Part shown: positions 1 to 13,638 of the stretch, one piece after another
Numbering within the stretch: position 1 is the first letter of the stretch
Layout of the letters: the number at the start of each line of letters is the position of its first letter
NCBI GenBank assembly: GCA_030248215.1
Contig: JASANG010000443.1
Location: forward strand, 124,001 to 188,000
Direction of reading: 5' to 3'
DNA from: Enoplolaimus lenunculus
Lineage: Eukaryota
Length of the DNA stretch: 64,000 nucleotides
Position numbers and translations under genes: made by a program
Notes under the pieces: model-generated
The model's database searches: none
Told to the model about the DNA's origin: nothing
What the model saw: the letters and a program-made list of their open reading frames with translations, nothing else

Positions 1-873
1 TTGGCGAAATTTCGGAAATTCTTGAAAGTTGTTACAAAAGAAAAACAAATAGCGCTCTAAAAAGATAAGTTTTGCAAAATTATGCAAAATTTTGCTACTG
101 AAATTGCCGGAACCTCCGGCAAAGATTTTACCGGAGCCGGAGCCGGTGGCAAACCTCCGGCTGTACCCTGGTATATATTAGGTTTGGGCTTGAAATTGAA
201 GTTATTGAATTTTCACTCCCACTCCCCGAAAAATTCATGTTTGTTTCACTGCTTCTCAAAATTGTTCTTGTAAAAATATTTTGACTCGTTTTTTCTTAAA
301 GGTATTCTATCGTCAACAGATATAGCTGGGTGTCTGAAATCTTACTTAAGTTTCTACTTAAGTTATTACTTTAATTCACCGACTTAAGTAAATACTTAAC
401 TTTTTGAGCAAAAATAAACGCCAGATGTGAGCCACTATCATAAAACGAGAAAGCCATAGTTCCACTGGCTCATGTAACATCAGAAGCAGAAAGTTTTTCT
501 GTAGGACTTCAATAGAGTTAGCTCAAATTGTAGCCTAATGTTTTGCTTTGCTTTGGCTTAGGCTTAGGCTTAGGAATATGCTTATAATGCTGTTCCGCCC
601 CTGAAGGCTTAGGCTTAGAAACACATAAAGTATAAATTCACGTTCTGAAAGCAAAGTTTCTAAAGCGGAACCAATTCCTGTAGACAAAGAAACCGGTGGG
701 AACATTTTCAAATTTAATTTCCCACTCGTATCAAATTTTTCAAATTTCAACGCTGATACAGTTGTATTTTTGACTATTTTAGAGTAGCGTTGTGAAAATT
801 ATTACATTTTTGCATAAATATTTTCTATTTCATTTAAAATCTAAAGTTCAAGCTAACATTCTGAACATTTCAG

Positions 874-1040
874 GTAGATCGAGCTTACAATTTCCAATGC
901 TTCTACATGGAGTCGGACAAAACTGTCAGCACTGAAATTGACGTTTCGATGCTAACAACACAATTTCGAACGCAATCTATTGCGATGCCAATTTGCCGAT
1001 ATGAAATTTTAGACGGCGGACCCAACGGACCTCCAATCGG
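874..1040 (+). CDS. Cuticlin (CUT-1/CUT-3-like ZP-domain protein), first exon visible in window; upstream exons not identified (probably outside the window)
   Basis: TTTCAG acceptor ends 873. Translates VDRAYNFQCFYMESDKTVSTEIDVS...PICRYEILDGGPNGPPI, the typical cuticlin ZP motif. GTAAAA donor at 1041 (phase 2). Confidence 0.95.
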
Positions 1041-1307
1041 GTAAAATGAAGGATCGACTGGCGTTTCAGGCCAACAAAATATTTTTTGTGAAAAAATGAT
1101 TTAATTTCTTGACATTACATAATTTCAAATTTGCTTAAGAATCCAGTTTTACAACGACGAAATCTAAATAAAGGCATTTAACATTGGAGCAGGTTTTCGA
1201 CCGCTTATGCTTGAGTGAAAACCAATAACGGATAGGATTTCAGCAATTTTTACTCTTTGATACCATTCATATAACGTATATTAAGGGTCGATATTCTCAA
1301 ACATGTA

Positions 1308-1553
1308 CACACAAAAAAGTATTTCTGAATTTATTCACAAAAGTGTTTTTGTGGCAAATCTGAAAAGTTTTGCTGATATTTAAGACAATTTTTCTTAAAA
1401 TAACTGGAAAACGTTTATTTTCAGACTTTATTTCAAAACGTTTTTTGAAAACATTTCTGTTATAACTGAAATACTTTTCAAGTGCACATTGCTAATCATA
1501 TTTCTCAAGTGTAAGAAATTTTTTCTTAAATATCAGAAGTATTATTTTGAGTG
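1308..1553. mobile_element. CAC...GTG MITE, third family
   Basis: Near-identical inverted copy at 30385-30630. Flanks are TA/TA here and CA/CA there. Confidence 0.85.
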
Positions 1554-3601
1554 TAGCAAACTATAACCAGTTGGTAAGAAGTCTTGTCCAATGCGACGAA
1601 CAGGGCCGAAAACGTACTATAAGCATATTTGTAAGCCTAAGCCTAAGCGTAAGAATGAGCATATTCCTAAACCTAAGCCTAAGCGTAAGCGTAAGAATGA
1701 GCATATTCCTAAGCCTAAGCCTAAGCCTAAGCTTAAGCCGAGCAAAAAAACAGTCTAAAGCTTAAGCGTACTCTTTTATAGGATCACAGAAAAACGTTCC
1801 GCCCATGATCTTTACGCGGGCTGAAGTCGTCGAAATTGAGAATCAGTGAATAAACCAAGATTTGTAAAATTTAGCACATTTTTCGCATTTGATGTGTCTT
1901 TACTTCTGTGCTAATTTTGAGAAGCACAATTGCAGAAGTTTGGCAGTTTTAAAAAATACCGCTAACTGATGATAGATGCTACAGAGGACAGAGGGGCGTG
2001 TTACCACTCTGGGTAATACCCATTCGCCGGCTAATTTCCAAAGGTTTAACGATTTGTTAGGCATACATTGGCGTCTGGATCGCGTCTTTTCTCCATCTTT
2101 GCCATAGTGCACCTTCAACTGTGCCAATGTTTTTGAATCAGCTGCCGGGTAACCTGGTTCATACCGCACATACAGACCGCCAAGATCGGCGGTAAACGAG
2201 GCTCGGATACCGTAACCCGGCATATGACCCTAAGATCTTTAGTTTTTCATTTATTGGTTCAAATTTACTGTAGTAATCTGAATACGAGGGGGTAGCTGAT
2301 ATTTATTTAGTCTTCTCAGAGGATAACCCCCTCGCCATTTGGTTCCCGCAACTTGGGTCGTGGGTCACATGGGTCAAGGCTCAACTGCCCACAGATCACA
2401 GTGGATAATGGGTTTGGTGTTGGGTCACACATTGATGTCTATTCCCATTACTGCATCGAGTAGCGTTTGTATTCTTTGGCCCATGTAAAGATCAAGGACG
2501 GAACGTTGTTCGGCGGGACTGGTATAGAGTAAAGCTTAAACTTTAGACTGATCCTTTGCTTAGTGCGGGGTTCACGTTATAACTTGGGCAGTCTGAAACG
2601 CGTTTTGTCCTTATCATATTGGCGGGTAACATTTGTCTGCACGGTAAATCCGCTATTAAATGAAAAAATTTGAATTGTCTGCTATCCTGTGACATTCACT
2701 GTTTGTACCTACTGCAATATCATATATTATTCGAGATATTGTCCGTCAATATCATATGATACGTATGAAGATGTCTGCTTTGTTGCAGTAAACTACTCTG
2801 AATGACCTGTAGAATATCACATGATACTAAAATTTAAAGTTTGAAGTATTTTTACTTATGAATATATTCAGGCACAATTTCCGTCAGAAGCGGAAAAATA
2901 GAAGCTAATTCAGTGTTCGAAATCACTTTACATTATCTGGCTTTTTGTTATATTATTCGTGCGCACAAATTAGTTGTCCTGCATATTAAGTGATACTACG
3001 TAGAATTGCGCAATATCATACGATATTCTCATAAATTTCCCGCCGTATCATGTGACATATGGCTGTTTGCATACCGCGACTTTTGAAGATCTGGGATTTG
3101 CAAACTAATATCATGTGACATTCACATTTTGTCTCAATAACCGTTATTCAGATCACAAAATTTTCTATTGACGTCGAATCAACATGAACAAAACGTCTTC
3201 CAGGATACCCTAGTTATAACGTGCGCCTTATGCGTTAGCATTGTTTTGAAAAGGGTATTTTGGGTTGTTTGAAAAATTGTGAGAGCTGGTAACAAACTAG
3301 CAATACATTGTAAATTCCAATGAGTTGATCAATCAATTCAGCTAGGGAGTTGGTTATTTATGAATTAATATCAGTGAACATTAACTCACTTTGAGTTGAG
3401 TTGATTCTCACTTTGAGTTGAGTTGACTCTGGGTGAGCTGGTTAATTAACTCAGAATGAATTGAATAAACTCAAAATTCTGAGTTCTGATAGTCCTAACT
3501 CATACTGAGTGATTCAACTCATTTTGAGTTAAAATCAACTCACTGAAATTTACAGTGTAGGTGCTACACACAGTTGAGAATATCAGGTTTTAATATTTCA
3601 G

Positions 3602-3707
3602 CTATGCGTTGGTTGGTCAAGCTGTTTACCATAAATGGACTTGTGACACTGATACAATAGATATATTTTGTATGGTAGTACATTCGTGTTATGTTGACGA
3701 TGGTTCG
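3602..3707 (+). CDS. Cuticlin ZP-domain exon
   Basis: TTTCAG acceptor. Translates YALVGQAVYHKWTCDTDTIDIFCMVVHSCYVDDGS. GTAAGA donor. Phase matches both neighbouring exons. Confidence 0.95.
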
Positions 3708-5150
3708 GTAAGAAAATCTACATTTTCCGTAAACAAAAGTCGGAAAATTTGATTTTTTACGATTATTTTATCAAGTTGGCGTTTGCCTAAAAATGGTTAT
3801 TGCATTTTGAAAATGATTAGCATATACCAATCAACGCGATTGCAAAACGATGCCAAACATATTAACAAAATTTATTATAATACATTAATTAATATTTTGC
3901 ATACGTTAATATTAAGCTGAGCTGGAAAGTTGCCCAAAATACGTATGTGTCGCGTTCCAGCTTTAATTCAATAGATATCAATTTAAGTTTCTCAAAGCCT
4001 ATCCTGATTTTTTTTGAATCTGAATTTAGTTTTCGTGAAAATCAATTTTTCAAGTATTCAAGTCGTCTCGTGGGACTGAATTTTTGGCTGAAATTTTTAA
4101 AATTTATGTAGCACGACCCACTCACTGGACCGTAGCCAAATATACCCCTGCTGTAAATTTTTAGCCACCCCTAGCAAGGTGAGCTGGTTACAGGCCAGGC
4201 TACTGATCCATGATTTATTGAAAAAAAACTTAATTGGGGGTTGTTCCAGCGATTTCAGTCAACGCCTATGGTGGATTTGTTTATTTTTTTTGAACCAATC
4301 ATTTGATTGCTGAAAATTTATTACCATTCGACACAGCTCTGACTGTTGCATCAAACAAAAATATCAATTTTACAATTTTGCGATGATATTTCGGTTGATA
4401 AATTGACCGTAATGGCTGAGTTATGCTTTACTGTGCCGGACACTGGCGCGCTCCGACGCCACTATGCGTTGCTAAACAAAATATAGGCAAAGACCATTAG
4501 GTGACGTGTTGCAGCGCGTTGCGGCGTCAGGCGGCAGGTGGCTTCATTCGGCGGAACACAGCATCGTCCTGCAGTGTGCGACAGCGTCCGGCAGCCACTG
4601 GCGAGTTTAGCGCAACCCTAAGAGGAAGTCAATGTTTCGCAATGGTTCGACGTTGGCGAAAATCCAGACAAAATGGGTCAAAACTTTTCACAAGTCCCCA
4701 GAAATATTTCTGATAATACCACGAACGTTTTAGAAGTGCTGTGTTCTAAAACTGATAGCATTAAATAGTACTAATATCTTGGCTCAAGTAAAGATCAGGG
4801 GCGGAACATTTTTCTGTGGAACTAGAATAGTGCAAGCTTAAGCTTTAGATTAACATTTTTGGCTTGAAGCCTAATCTTCTTAGTCTTTGACTCCGCCCGT
4901 TTCAATGTTTCACAGTGAGCAGCAGCGACGGATCCAGAAATTTCTGACGCGGATTCGGGATAGCAATAGTTTATGCAACACAATTTTTACTGTATGCTAT
5001 AATATGGACCAATTTTCTGACGAAGAAAAATTGCAAGTTAGAGACATTTACCATTGTATCACAAAAAACGTTCTGAGGGTGTACGCCCATCCGGATGCGG
5101 AAGTGATGACTAAGTCCCTATACATGGACCGGTATATTTGTAAATTTTAG

Positions 5151-5318
5151 GGCGATCGAGTTCATTTACTTGACGGAAGCGGATGTGCTCAAGATCGATA
5201 TTTGTTGCGGAATTTGGAATATTTGGATGATTTATCAGGCGGTCAAGAGACACACGTTTTCAAATACGCGGATCGTCCGGCGTTATTTTTTCAATGTCAA
5301 ATCACCATTTCAATTAAG
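5151..5318 (+). CDS. Cuticlin ZP-domain exon
   Basis: TTTTAG acceptor. Translates [24 protein letters not shown]...[28 protein letters not shown] donor. 168 nt, phase 0-0. Confidence 0.95.
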
Positions 5319-5609
5319 GTAAAAACAATCAGCGATGACTCTTTATTGAACAAGAGAATACAAACATAAAATGTACCAGCGTGCGTTGCGTTTTTTCCAC
5401 GACTCCAACAAAACTGTTGCGAATCTGATAAAACGTATTGTAAATGTAACCTTTAGCACTTGACAGCTTTGGATTTCATTTTTTCGTATCAAATGCTAAG
5501 GATGAAACCAAAACTGCGAGTGTTTAAAGGTCGTACATATTACAGCCTGCGTTACTTTGACAGACACGAGTCTGTCAACGAGACTCCAATAGAGTAAGCT
5601 TAAGCTTTA

Positions 5610-6190
5610 GGGTTGCGATATACGTTTTTGACGTCCGGCGCCGTCCGTTTACGAGTAATCGACGGCGATGTTCGTCATCCGCACGTACCGTCCGGCGCGT
5701 TCCGTCAACCGTACGGCGCCGTCCGTCACTCGTACGACGCCGTCCATCACTCGTACGGCGCCGTCCATCACTCGTATGGCGCCGTCCATGGCTCGTATGG
5801 CGCCGTCCATCACTCGTACGGCGCCGTCCATCACTCGTACGGCGCCGTCCATCACTCGTATGGCGCCGTCCATGGCTCGTATGGCGCCGTCCATCACTCA
5901 TACGGCGCCGTCTGTCCTTTGTACTGCGCCGTCCATCACTCGTACGGTGCCGTCTGTCACTTGTACGGCGCCGTCCATCACTCGTACGGCGCCGTCTGTC
6001 ACTTGTACGGCGCCGTCCGTCACTCTGCTGTGTTGTCCGTCACCGTGCGGTATCGTATGCAAATAACTCACGTACGATAATGTATGATGACGGACAATGA
6101 CGGACGGGTCACGGATGGTGACCGCCGGCGCCGTGCGGATGACGCACGGTGAAAGAAGGCGCCGGACGATGCCGAACGTCAAGTTCCTAT
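5610..6190. mobile_element. Harbinger-like MITE with an expanded 21-bp minisatellite, in a cuticlin intron
   Basis: Starts TTA-GGGTTGCGATATA. Roughly 15 units of CCGTCCATCACTCGTACGGCG. Similar to 20765-21055. Confidence 0.75.
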
Positions 6191-6312
6191 AGCCTAACCG
6201 TTTGACTTATTATTTGCCTAGGCTTTAGAATTAGGCTTAGGAACACGTTTTTATTACTGTTACGTTCCACAATGTAACATTGTTCAATATTACTATTACA
6301 AACTTGTTGCAG

Positions 6313-7041
6313 GATCCATTCGCAGAATGTCCACGTCCCGTTTGTGAGGCACCGTTTCGTGGTAAACGTACGGCGACACGTGCATTACCCGATATGCCGT
6401 ATGCCAACGGTGTCGCAATTGACACATCAAAACTCGGATCGCACGATTCAACAGTCGGCAAACATCAAAACAGCATCGACGACAAACGCGACAGCATCGA
6501 TCAAAGCAACCGCACCGAAACCAAACCGATTGATGATGCCGAATTTGTCGGTGTGATCGATGTTTCAACCGTTGTAGAGTCGATGGATATTGAAGATAAT
6601 CGGCATTTAGCGGCACAAAATCAACGTTATTCTCCATTATTGCCGGCTTCAAATCGAAACGATCGAGTCGGAGCGGCCGAATTACTAGCGAGACTGTCGC
6701 GAGAATACAACGATGGTCCTGAACGACAAAATTTGTTGATTCCAAACGCCAAATCGTACTGTATGTCGCCGATAGCAGCCGGTTTAGCTGGCAGTTTTAC
6801 ATTTTTGGTTACACTAATTGCAATGGCCACGAGTACAATACTTTATTTATATTATCGACAAGACGCAATGACACAAGACCGAAAACCGAATACATCTTGG
6901 TTTGCACAACGTTGCGCAGCAATACGTGCAGTTGCAATAAGCATTTTACGATTGCAATTTGATAATAATCCCGGTATAAAACAACCAAAATCTAACGAAA
7001 AACGATACAATAATAAAGTAATTGTTGATAATACAGAATGA
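6313..7041 (+). CDS. Cuticlin terminal exon (post-ZP CPRPVC, basic cleavage site RGKR, transmembrane helix, cytoplasmic tail)
   Basis: TTGCAG acceptor at 6312, in frame with ORF 6280..7041. Starts DPFAECPRPVCEAPFRGKR. Hydrophobic IAAGLAGSFTFLVTLIAMATSTILYLYY. Ends at TGA. Confidence 0.88.
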   Translation, partial: DPFAECPRPVCEAPFRGKRTATRALPDMPYANGVAIDTSKLGSHDSTVGKHQNSIDDKRDSIDQSNRTETKPIDDAEFVGVIDVSTVVESMDIEDNRHLAAQNQRYSPLLPASNRNDRVGAAELLARLSREYNDGPERQNLLIPNAKSYCMSPIAAGLAGSFTFLVTLIAMATSTILYLYYRQDAMTQDRKPNTSWFAQRCAAIRAVAISILRLQFDNNPGIKQPKSNEKRYNNKVIVDNTE

Positions 7042-7144
7042 AATCCCGCGTTATTACTATTTTTGGCCATTGTTACATTTTACGGTCGTAACCGTATATT
7101 AACCATATTCTTAAGCCTAAGCTTTCACGGTTGAAATATATGCT

Positions 7145-7364
7145 CACTATAAAAAACGGTGAGTCAAATTGACTGTCTCCGAAAAAGGCTTGTCCTGGCT
7201 ATCCAAGCTGAGTGAAATTCGACTCCGTCAGAGGCAAATTCGACTCACTGAGCGGTTCAGTGAATCAAATTTGACTCTGGCGGAGTCGAATTTTGACTCA
7301 GCTTGTGTAGTCAGAAAAAGTCTATTTCGGAGAGAGTCAATTTGACTCACCATTTTTGGCAGTG
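7145..7364. mobile_element. CACTGCAAAAAATGGTGAGTCAAA near-palindromic MITE (CMC-like), type copy
   Basis: Long TIRs, 2-bp TSD CT. Further copies near 8256, 12328, 15700, 43170, 47016 and 47555. Confidence 0.85.
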
Positions 7365-10172
7365 CTAAACTAAGCCTAAGTCTCAAAGCCTAAATCTTCA
7401 GGGTTGAAATATGTGCTAAACTAAGGCTAAGTCTAATCAAAAATAGTCTAAAATCTCACGATTACTCTATTACTGTAAGGTGATAAAACGGGACGTTCCT
7501 AAAAGTAACTTTTACCACTATTTTGTGTTTACATATTTTGTTTTTTCTCGTTTGTTTATACTAATTTAATAATTGAAATACACGGTAAGCCCCATTAACA
7601 CGTGCAAGTTTTTGGGCGAAAACTCGCAGCTGCAACTTGCATGAAATACTTGCAGCTGCAAGTATATTTTTAAATGAACATTCCGATTGACCAATCAAAT
7701 TGCAGGTGCAAGAAATTCAAGCGACTTGCAACTGCGTTCACAGGCAGGCGCGAATTGAATAGCATAAATTCCAGTGAATAACTTGCAGCTGCAAGAGTTT
7801 CACAGCTGTTTTACGACTAAACTTGCACATGCAAGTTGCACGTGCAAGTTTTTGCTGCAAAAACATGCACGTGTGAATAGGGTTGTACCATTTGCGTATT
7901 TGGTACCTTAGGTTAAGAGATATCATGAACAGGTCTTAAACAACGTTATTTTCACATTATGAGGATTAGGCTTAGATTTAGAATAACGTTTAAACCTTGC
8001 ACATTTTTGCGAAACCTATTGTAAACAAGTGTCATACCATATCCACCACTGTTTCGCCTGCCAGTAGATTTGACTATTGAGATTTGAGTATTGTGATGAT
8101 AGTGTCGATTTTGATTGACAAGCCAGCTTTGGATTAGGAAAGGCGTCCCCTACCTCCGTAGTTGTCAAGCTTGGTGGGCAGGTCCGTAAACAGCAGTAGG
8201 GCGTGTTTCTCCAACGAACATTATTCATTGTATTAAATTTAGCCTTTTCTCATACACTGCAAAAAATGGAGAGTCAAATTGGCTCTCTAGGAAATAGGCT
8301 TTTTTGGACTACACAAACTGAGTCAAATTCGATTCCGCCAATGTAAAATTCGACTCACCCGAGTCGCTCAGTGAGTCGAATTTGATTCTGGCGTAGTCGA
8401 ATTTGACTCCTATTTGTGTAGTCCCGAAAAGCCTTTTTCGGAGAGAGCAATTTAACTCACCATTTTTTTGCAGTGTATAGAGTAAACCGTAATGAACGCA
8501 GATCTCAATTGAAATAGATAATTTTACTGTGGTAAATGGCTACAAATTAAATTATCAGCAATAATGTTCTGGTTAAGAATACATTTCACGTAGAATATGT
8601 CTGCGAGCCATCATACAGTAAAATCGCAATGCAACTAAATCCCGGTGCGTATTTATTGTGCTAAATTTCCCAAATTAATTCCACTCGCGGGCAATGTAAA
8701 GATCAGTGGCGAAACGTTTTTCTGCGGAACTGCAATAGAATAAAACTTAAACTTTAGACTATTTTTTTGCTTAAACTTAGATGTATGCATAAACATAGGT
8801 ATAATTTCATTTTTAATTTTAGGCTCAAGCTAAGGCTTAGGCTTAGACACAATGCTCAACTTCACGCTTATGCTTAGGCTTAGGAATGTGATTATGCCGC
8901 TCATAGCAAGGTGAGCTGGCTACTGGCCTGTGTGAGTGAGATAAATTTTCACTTGGCAAATTTAGCACATCACACATATGTTTATAATATTCAACTCGAA
9001 AATATGATAAATTCCTTGATTGATTGAATAATATTTGTACAATTTAGTTCGTGCCTGAAGCAGGGTGGACATAAGCTGCACGCTCACAACAAATTCTTAG
9101 ACGGAGCGGCTGGTCGGGGCGTTAGTAGTAGTAGTAGTAGTGGTAGTAGTACACTGTAAATTTAAATGAGTTGATTAATCAATTCATCCAGCAACTTAGT
9201 TATCTCTGAATTACCATCCGTAAACATTAACTCACTCTGAGTTGAGTTGATTGTCACTGTGAGTTGAATTGACTCTGGATGAGTTGATTAATTAACTCAC
9301 AATGAATTCAACCAACTCAACATTCTGAGTTCTGATAGTCCTAACTCAGACTGTATGTGTCAACTCATTCTGAGTTAAAATCAACTCACTGAAATTTACA
9401 GGGTAGTAATAGTAGTATATGCATATTCGGGTACATGTATAACTGATTAGGGACCGACCGTTATTGCGCGGACGATAATTGAGTATTTCATCTTTTAGAC
9501 TATTTCCGTTTAGGAAAAATATGCCAATGTAAATAGCAGGGTAGCAACAGTGTAGTCTAAGCATATTCCTAAGCCTACGTTGAACCTTAACCTCGCTCTA
9601 ATACAGTTCCGCGGAAAAACGGTCCGCCGTGGGACTAGAAAAGAGTGCGGTAAAACTTTAGACTGATTTTTGCTTGGCTTAGGCTTAAGCTTAGGAATAA
9701 ACTCATTCTTACGCTTAAGCTTAGGCTTAGGCTTAGGAATATGCTTATAATACTGTTCCGTCCTTGTTCTTTACATTGTCCGCGATTGGTAACAATTTAC
9801 ACCTAAAGTGTCACTCTGTCAAACGCTATTTGTGGCTTTGAAAAAATTTATTTATATTTGATAAAACGTAGTTTACTAAAAACTGATATTACACGAAAAC
9901 TTTATGCCTGTTTCCGGGGACTTTTCTGTTATCCCGTCGCCATCCGGTGTTCGGATGTAGAAAATACTTGTATATTTGAGCATATCATGACCTCTCCTGA
10001 CTATTTCCAACACAAATTTGATTACGATTCAACTCAGCTCTACAAGCTGCGTTGAATGATCTATAATTTGCCTAAAGTGTTTGGCAAAATTTTGACTGGC
10101 AAAAAATCGAATTTTGTAAAAATTCAAATTTTGAGGTTTATATATCAATAACCAGTAAAATTTAGACTTAAT

Positions 10173-11920
10173 TCAACTCATATAATTTCGTTTTTTGTTC
10201 CTAGGTTTAAATACCGCCGTTCGCTTTGAAGTTGCCGACGTTCCAGATCTGATAGTTGAAAGACTGGTTGACGATCCAACATTGCTGTGAATTTTAATAT
10301 TTTCAGTACTGTTTCGTAGTGTTTGTTTTGAACTTGCCGCTCCAGTGCTTTTTACCAGTTCCGCTTGAACATTACTTTCTTTCACGCGTGTCACGTTTCC
10401 ATTTGACAGTTCCTTTGTTCTTGCCGCCTTTTTGTTTTGCCGACGATTCTTCACGTCATAGTTGTCAACCTCATCCACGATTTCATTTTTGAATTCAACT
10501 TTCGACTTTTGACGAGATTCATTTAATGTTGGCACTTGCAATGCTTTGATCTCTGCCGCTTTTTGGTTTGTCGACGCAATTTTCCATCGTTTTTCAGCTA
10601 GTTTTGACTGAGCACTTGTTGAAGGTCGTATCACAGGTGGTGCAACAGGGGCGATGTATTCCACACTTACAGTTCGACATTCGGAAAGGTTTCCACTGCG
10701 TTGAGGGTTACTGAAAGATAGACAATTTGGATTTTCCGAGCATTTACGAATTACAGTTGAAGAAATGTTCGATTTCCTATCGATTGTTTTCCTTGAATTT
10801 TCAAACGACTGTTGTTGACGCATATTTCGAAATTCGTGACAAAATTTTGTAATTTCAGGAACAGACGGTGAACTGTTGATCGAGCGTGGGAACGTTTTTG
10901 ACGCTGTCGTTCCGCTGTGGGAATTTCTTCTGACGTCATATTTGTGTTCGACGTGTGTATGCGGTATTGAGCCGTTTGAAATTTCCCACGGTTGATGCTG
11001 ATATTGTATTTCAGATCGCTTCAGTCGTGAGATCGGAACGTCTGATGACGGACGACGACTGTTTTCAACACTCGACGCGTTGTCGCCGTCGTTTTTAGCA
11101 ACATTTTCCAAATTAGCAAATTGGTCTATTTTGCCTTCATTTTGAGCAATTTTTGCTAAATCTGTAAATTGTTGCAATTTTTCGTCAATTTTTCCTCTGT
11201 CTGGTTCATCTTTTTGAACTATTTCTTCGTTCGATTCATCGATCCAACCCGTTTTGAAATGAATTTCATTCAACGTTTCGATCCGCGTTTGAAATTCGTT
11301 GCGTTCGTCTGTGGCTTCTCGTGAACTGCGGCTGTCGCTGGTGGTAATTGGTGTCATTCCGATCGCATCTTTTAAACTGTCTGTAGATGTTGCTAAAACA
11401 TCGTCGTTGAGCGAAATAGAACTATGTAAATTTACCAAATCTGATGATTGTTTGAGTTCGAGTAAAATTGTGGTGTTTTTATCTTTATTTAGAATGGTGT
11501 GGTTTTTGTCATTATTATTATTATAATTACTACTATTATTATTACTATTATTATTATTATTAGTATTGTTATTATCATTATTATTATCAGTATTATTAGT
11601 ATTATTTTTATGATCATTATTATTATGATTATTATTATTATCAGTATTGTTCTTATTATTATTGTTGTTGTTATCACTATTATTACTATTATCACTTTTA
11701 TTATTTTTATTATTATTTATAGTATTATTGTTGTTGCTTTTATCACCATCAAGATTTTCGAGACTAATTTGACTCGTACCAGCGAGTTGTATGTCTTTAA
11801 CAGATCGGACCATTTGCTGCAACGAGTCAATTTCTGCTTGTTGTCTTAGAATTTGAGCTGCCATTTGTTTGATCGCTACTTCGGCTTCGTGAGCTTCTGT
11901 GATTTTCTGTTCGAGTTCAC
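10173..11920 (-). CDS. Uncharacterised coiled-coil protein, large terminal exon with Asn-rich low-complexity tract
   Basis: TTTAAG acceptor at 11922-11921. GELEQKITEAHEAEVAIKQ runs into the 563-aa ORF 10173..11864. The seven exons total 2445 nt (814 aa). Confidence 0.85.
11510..11735 (-). repeat. (AAT)n degenerate coding microsatellite / poly-Asn
   Basis: ATT/TTA repeats on the + strand, encoding NNNN tracts in the 10173..11864 ORF. Confidence 0.95.
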
Positions 11921-11954
11921 CTTAAAATATGTAATAGATTGTCTTAAAAATTTG

Positions 11955-12168
11955 GGCCAATGTAAAGAACAGGGGCAGAACAGTATTATAAGCATTTTCC
12001 GTAGCCTAAGCCTAAGCCTAAGCCTAAACTTAAGCGTAAGAATGAGCACATTCCTAAGCCTAAGTCTAAGCCTAAGCTGAAACCAAGCAAAACAATTAGT
12101 CTAAAGCTTAAGCTTACTCTATTGCAGTCCCACAGAAAAACATTCCGCCGCTGATCTTTACATGGGCC
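11955..12168. mobile_element. GGCC-ended TTAGGC MITE
   Basis: Same TIRs. Flanks AAAATTTG / AAAATTGG (7/8). Internal GCCTAA repeats. Confidence 0.85.
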
Positions 12169-13638
12169 AAAATTGGTATAGACTTCTAAACTCGGTAGGA
12201 AAGTAATAAAACATATCGGTTGCTTAATTTGTGGTATTTGAAATAATTGTGTTGACCGAACCGTTTTCGAAGACAACAGAGGCTATATATGTATATATAA
12301 CCATACATACATACGTATATATGCATACACTGCAAAAATTGGTGAGTTAAATTGACTCTCTCTGAAATAGGCTTTATATGACTACACATAGTGAGTCAAA
12401 TTCAACTCCGCCGGAGTCAAATTCGCGAATTTCACTCAGTCTGTGTAGTCCGGAAAAGCGTATATCTTAGAGAGTCAATTTGATTCACCATTTTTTTGCA
12501 GTGTACGTACATATACATGCATATTCGGATGCAACCGATATTATATAATACCGAAACCGTAAAGTTGAAAAAATATCGGAACCGGAAAGTTGAAAAAATA
12601 TCACAACCGGAACCCAGGAACAAAAATACTTGTTACCAAACAATTCATTTTTAACGCTTTTTATCGCTTTTAATAGTCTTGAAACAAATGCGGTTAGGTG
12701 CAAACGTATGATAAATTATAGGGTATGGGACAAATTGAAAACTTTGGCAATACACACTCAGGCAATTTTATGCCATTTTCAATACCGAAAATACCGGAAA
12801 ATTCCGGTGGAAAAATACCGGATTTATTACCGCAATCGGATAATGAAAATACCGGATTTCCCCACCGGAACCAGAATTTCAGTGGCACCCTGATACAATA
12901 TATGATACCAATGTAAACGTATCATTCATTTTTGGTTATCGCTGAAATCCTTTTCAAGTATATTGAAAGATAAATAAATATTTCGTGCAATGCATAGAAC
13001 AGGGCCGAAACAGTAGTATAAGCATATTCCTAAACCTAAGCCTAAGTCTAAAATTTAGCGTAAGTATGAGTTTATACCTAGCTGTACACAAGCCACAGCC
13101 CAACCAAAAACATTAGACTCAATCTTCAGCTTTGCTGTATCGCAGTCTTCCAGAAAAGCTTTGCTTCCCTGATCTTTACATGGGCCAATATTTCGAAAAG
13201 GGGTTTCGTAAGCGTATTTCTAAACCTAAGTCTAAGCGTTGCAAAAATGAGTGCCTAAGCCTAAGTCTAAACATAAGCAAAAAGTGTAATCTAGAATCTA
13301 AACATGCGTTTTTTATAGACTCACCAGAAACTTGGACGCCTCTTAAATTAAAATGGGCAAATGATTACTAATTCTACGTATCCTCACGAACATTGACACT
13401 GAATATATACGTAATAATTAGAGAAATTTATTCAACACAGTGAGCACAATGGGGGTTGAGTTGAAACAAACCACAAACCCCAGATTCAAAACTCATCTAT
13501 CGAGTAGTTTACAGGATGTATTGTCAAATATGTCAAAGTTTCGCTCACACGCCACAAAATAGATTTTGCCTATATTTATGTTTTGCGACGCATAGCGGCA
13601 CGCGGTAGAGTCCAGCACAGTAAAGTATAGAACAAGTC

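Noticed and set aside
301..330. Possible upstream cuticlin exon (AAAG|GT ATT CTA TCG TCA ACA, GILSST)
   Set aside because: Does not continue into the expected ISFHP..TK motif and runs into repeat-like sequence.
5575..6182. Five overlapping repetitive ORFs (HSYGAVH, RTAPSIT, DGRRRTS...)
   Set aside because: Translations of a stop-free 21-bp minisatellite inside an intronic MITE.
11489..11849. Poly-Ile ORFs that look like membrane proteins
   Set aside because: Alternate frames or strand of the AAT repeat encoding poly-Asn.
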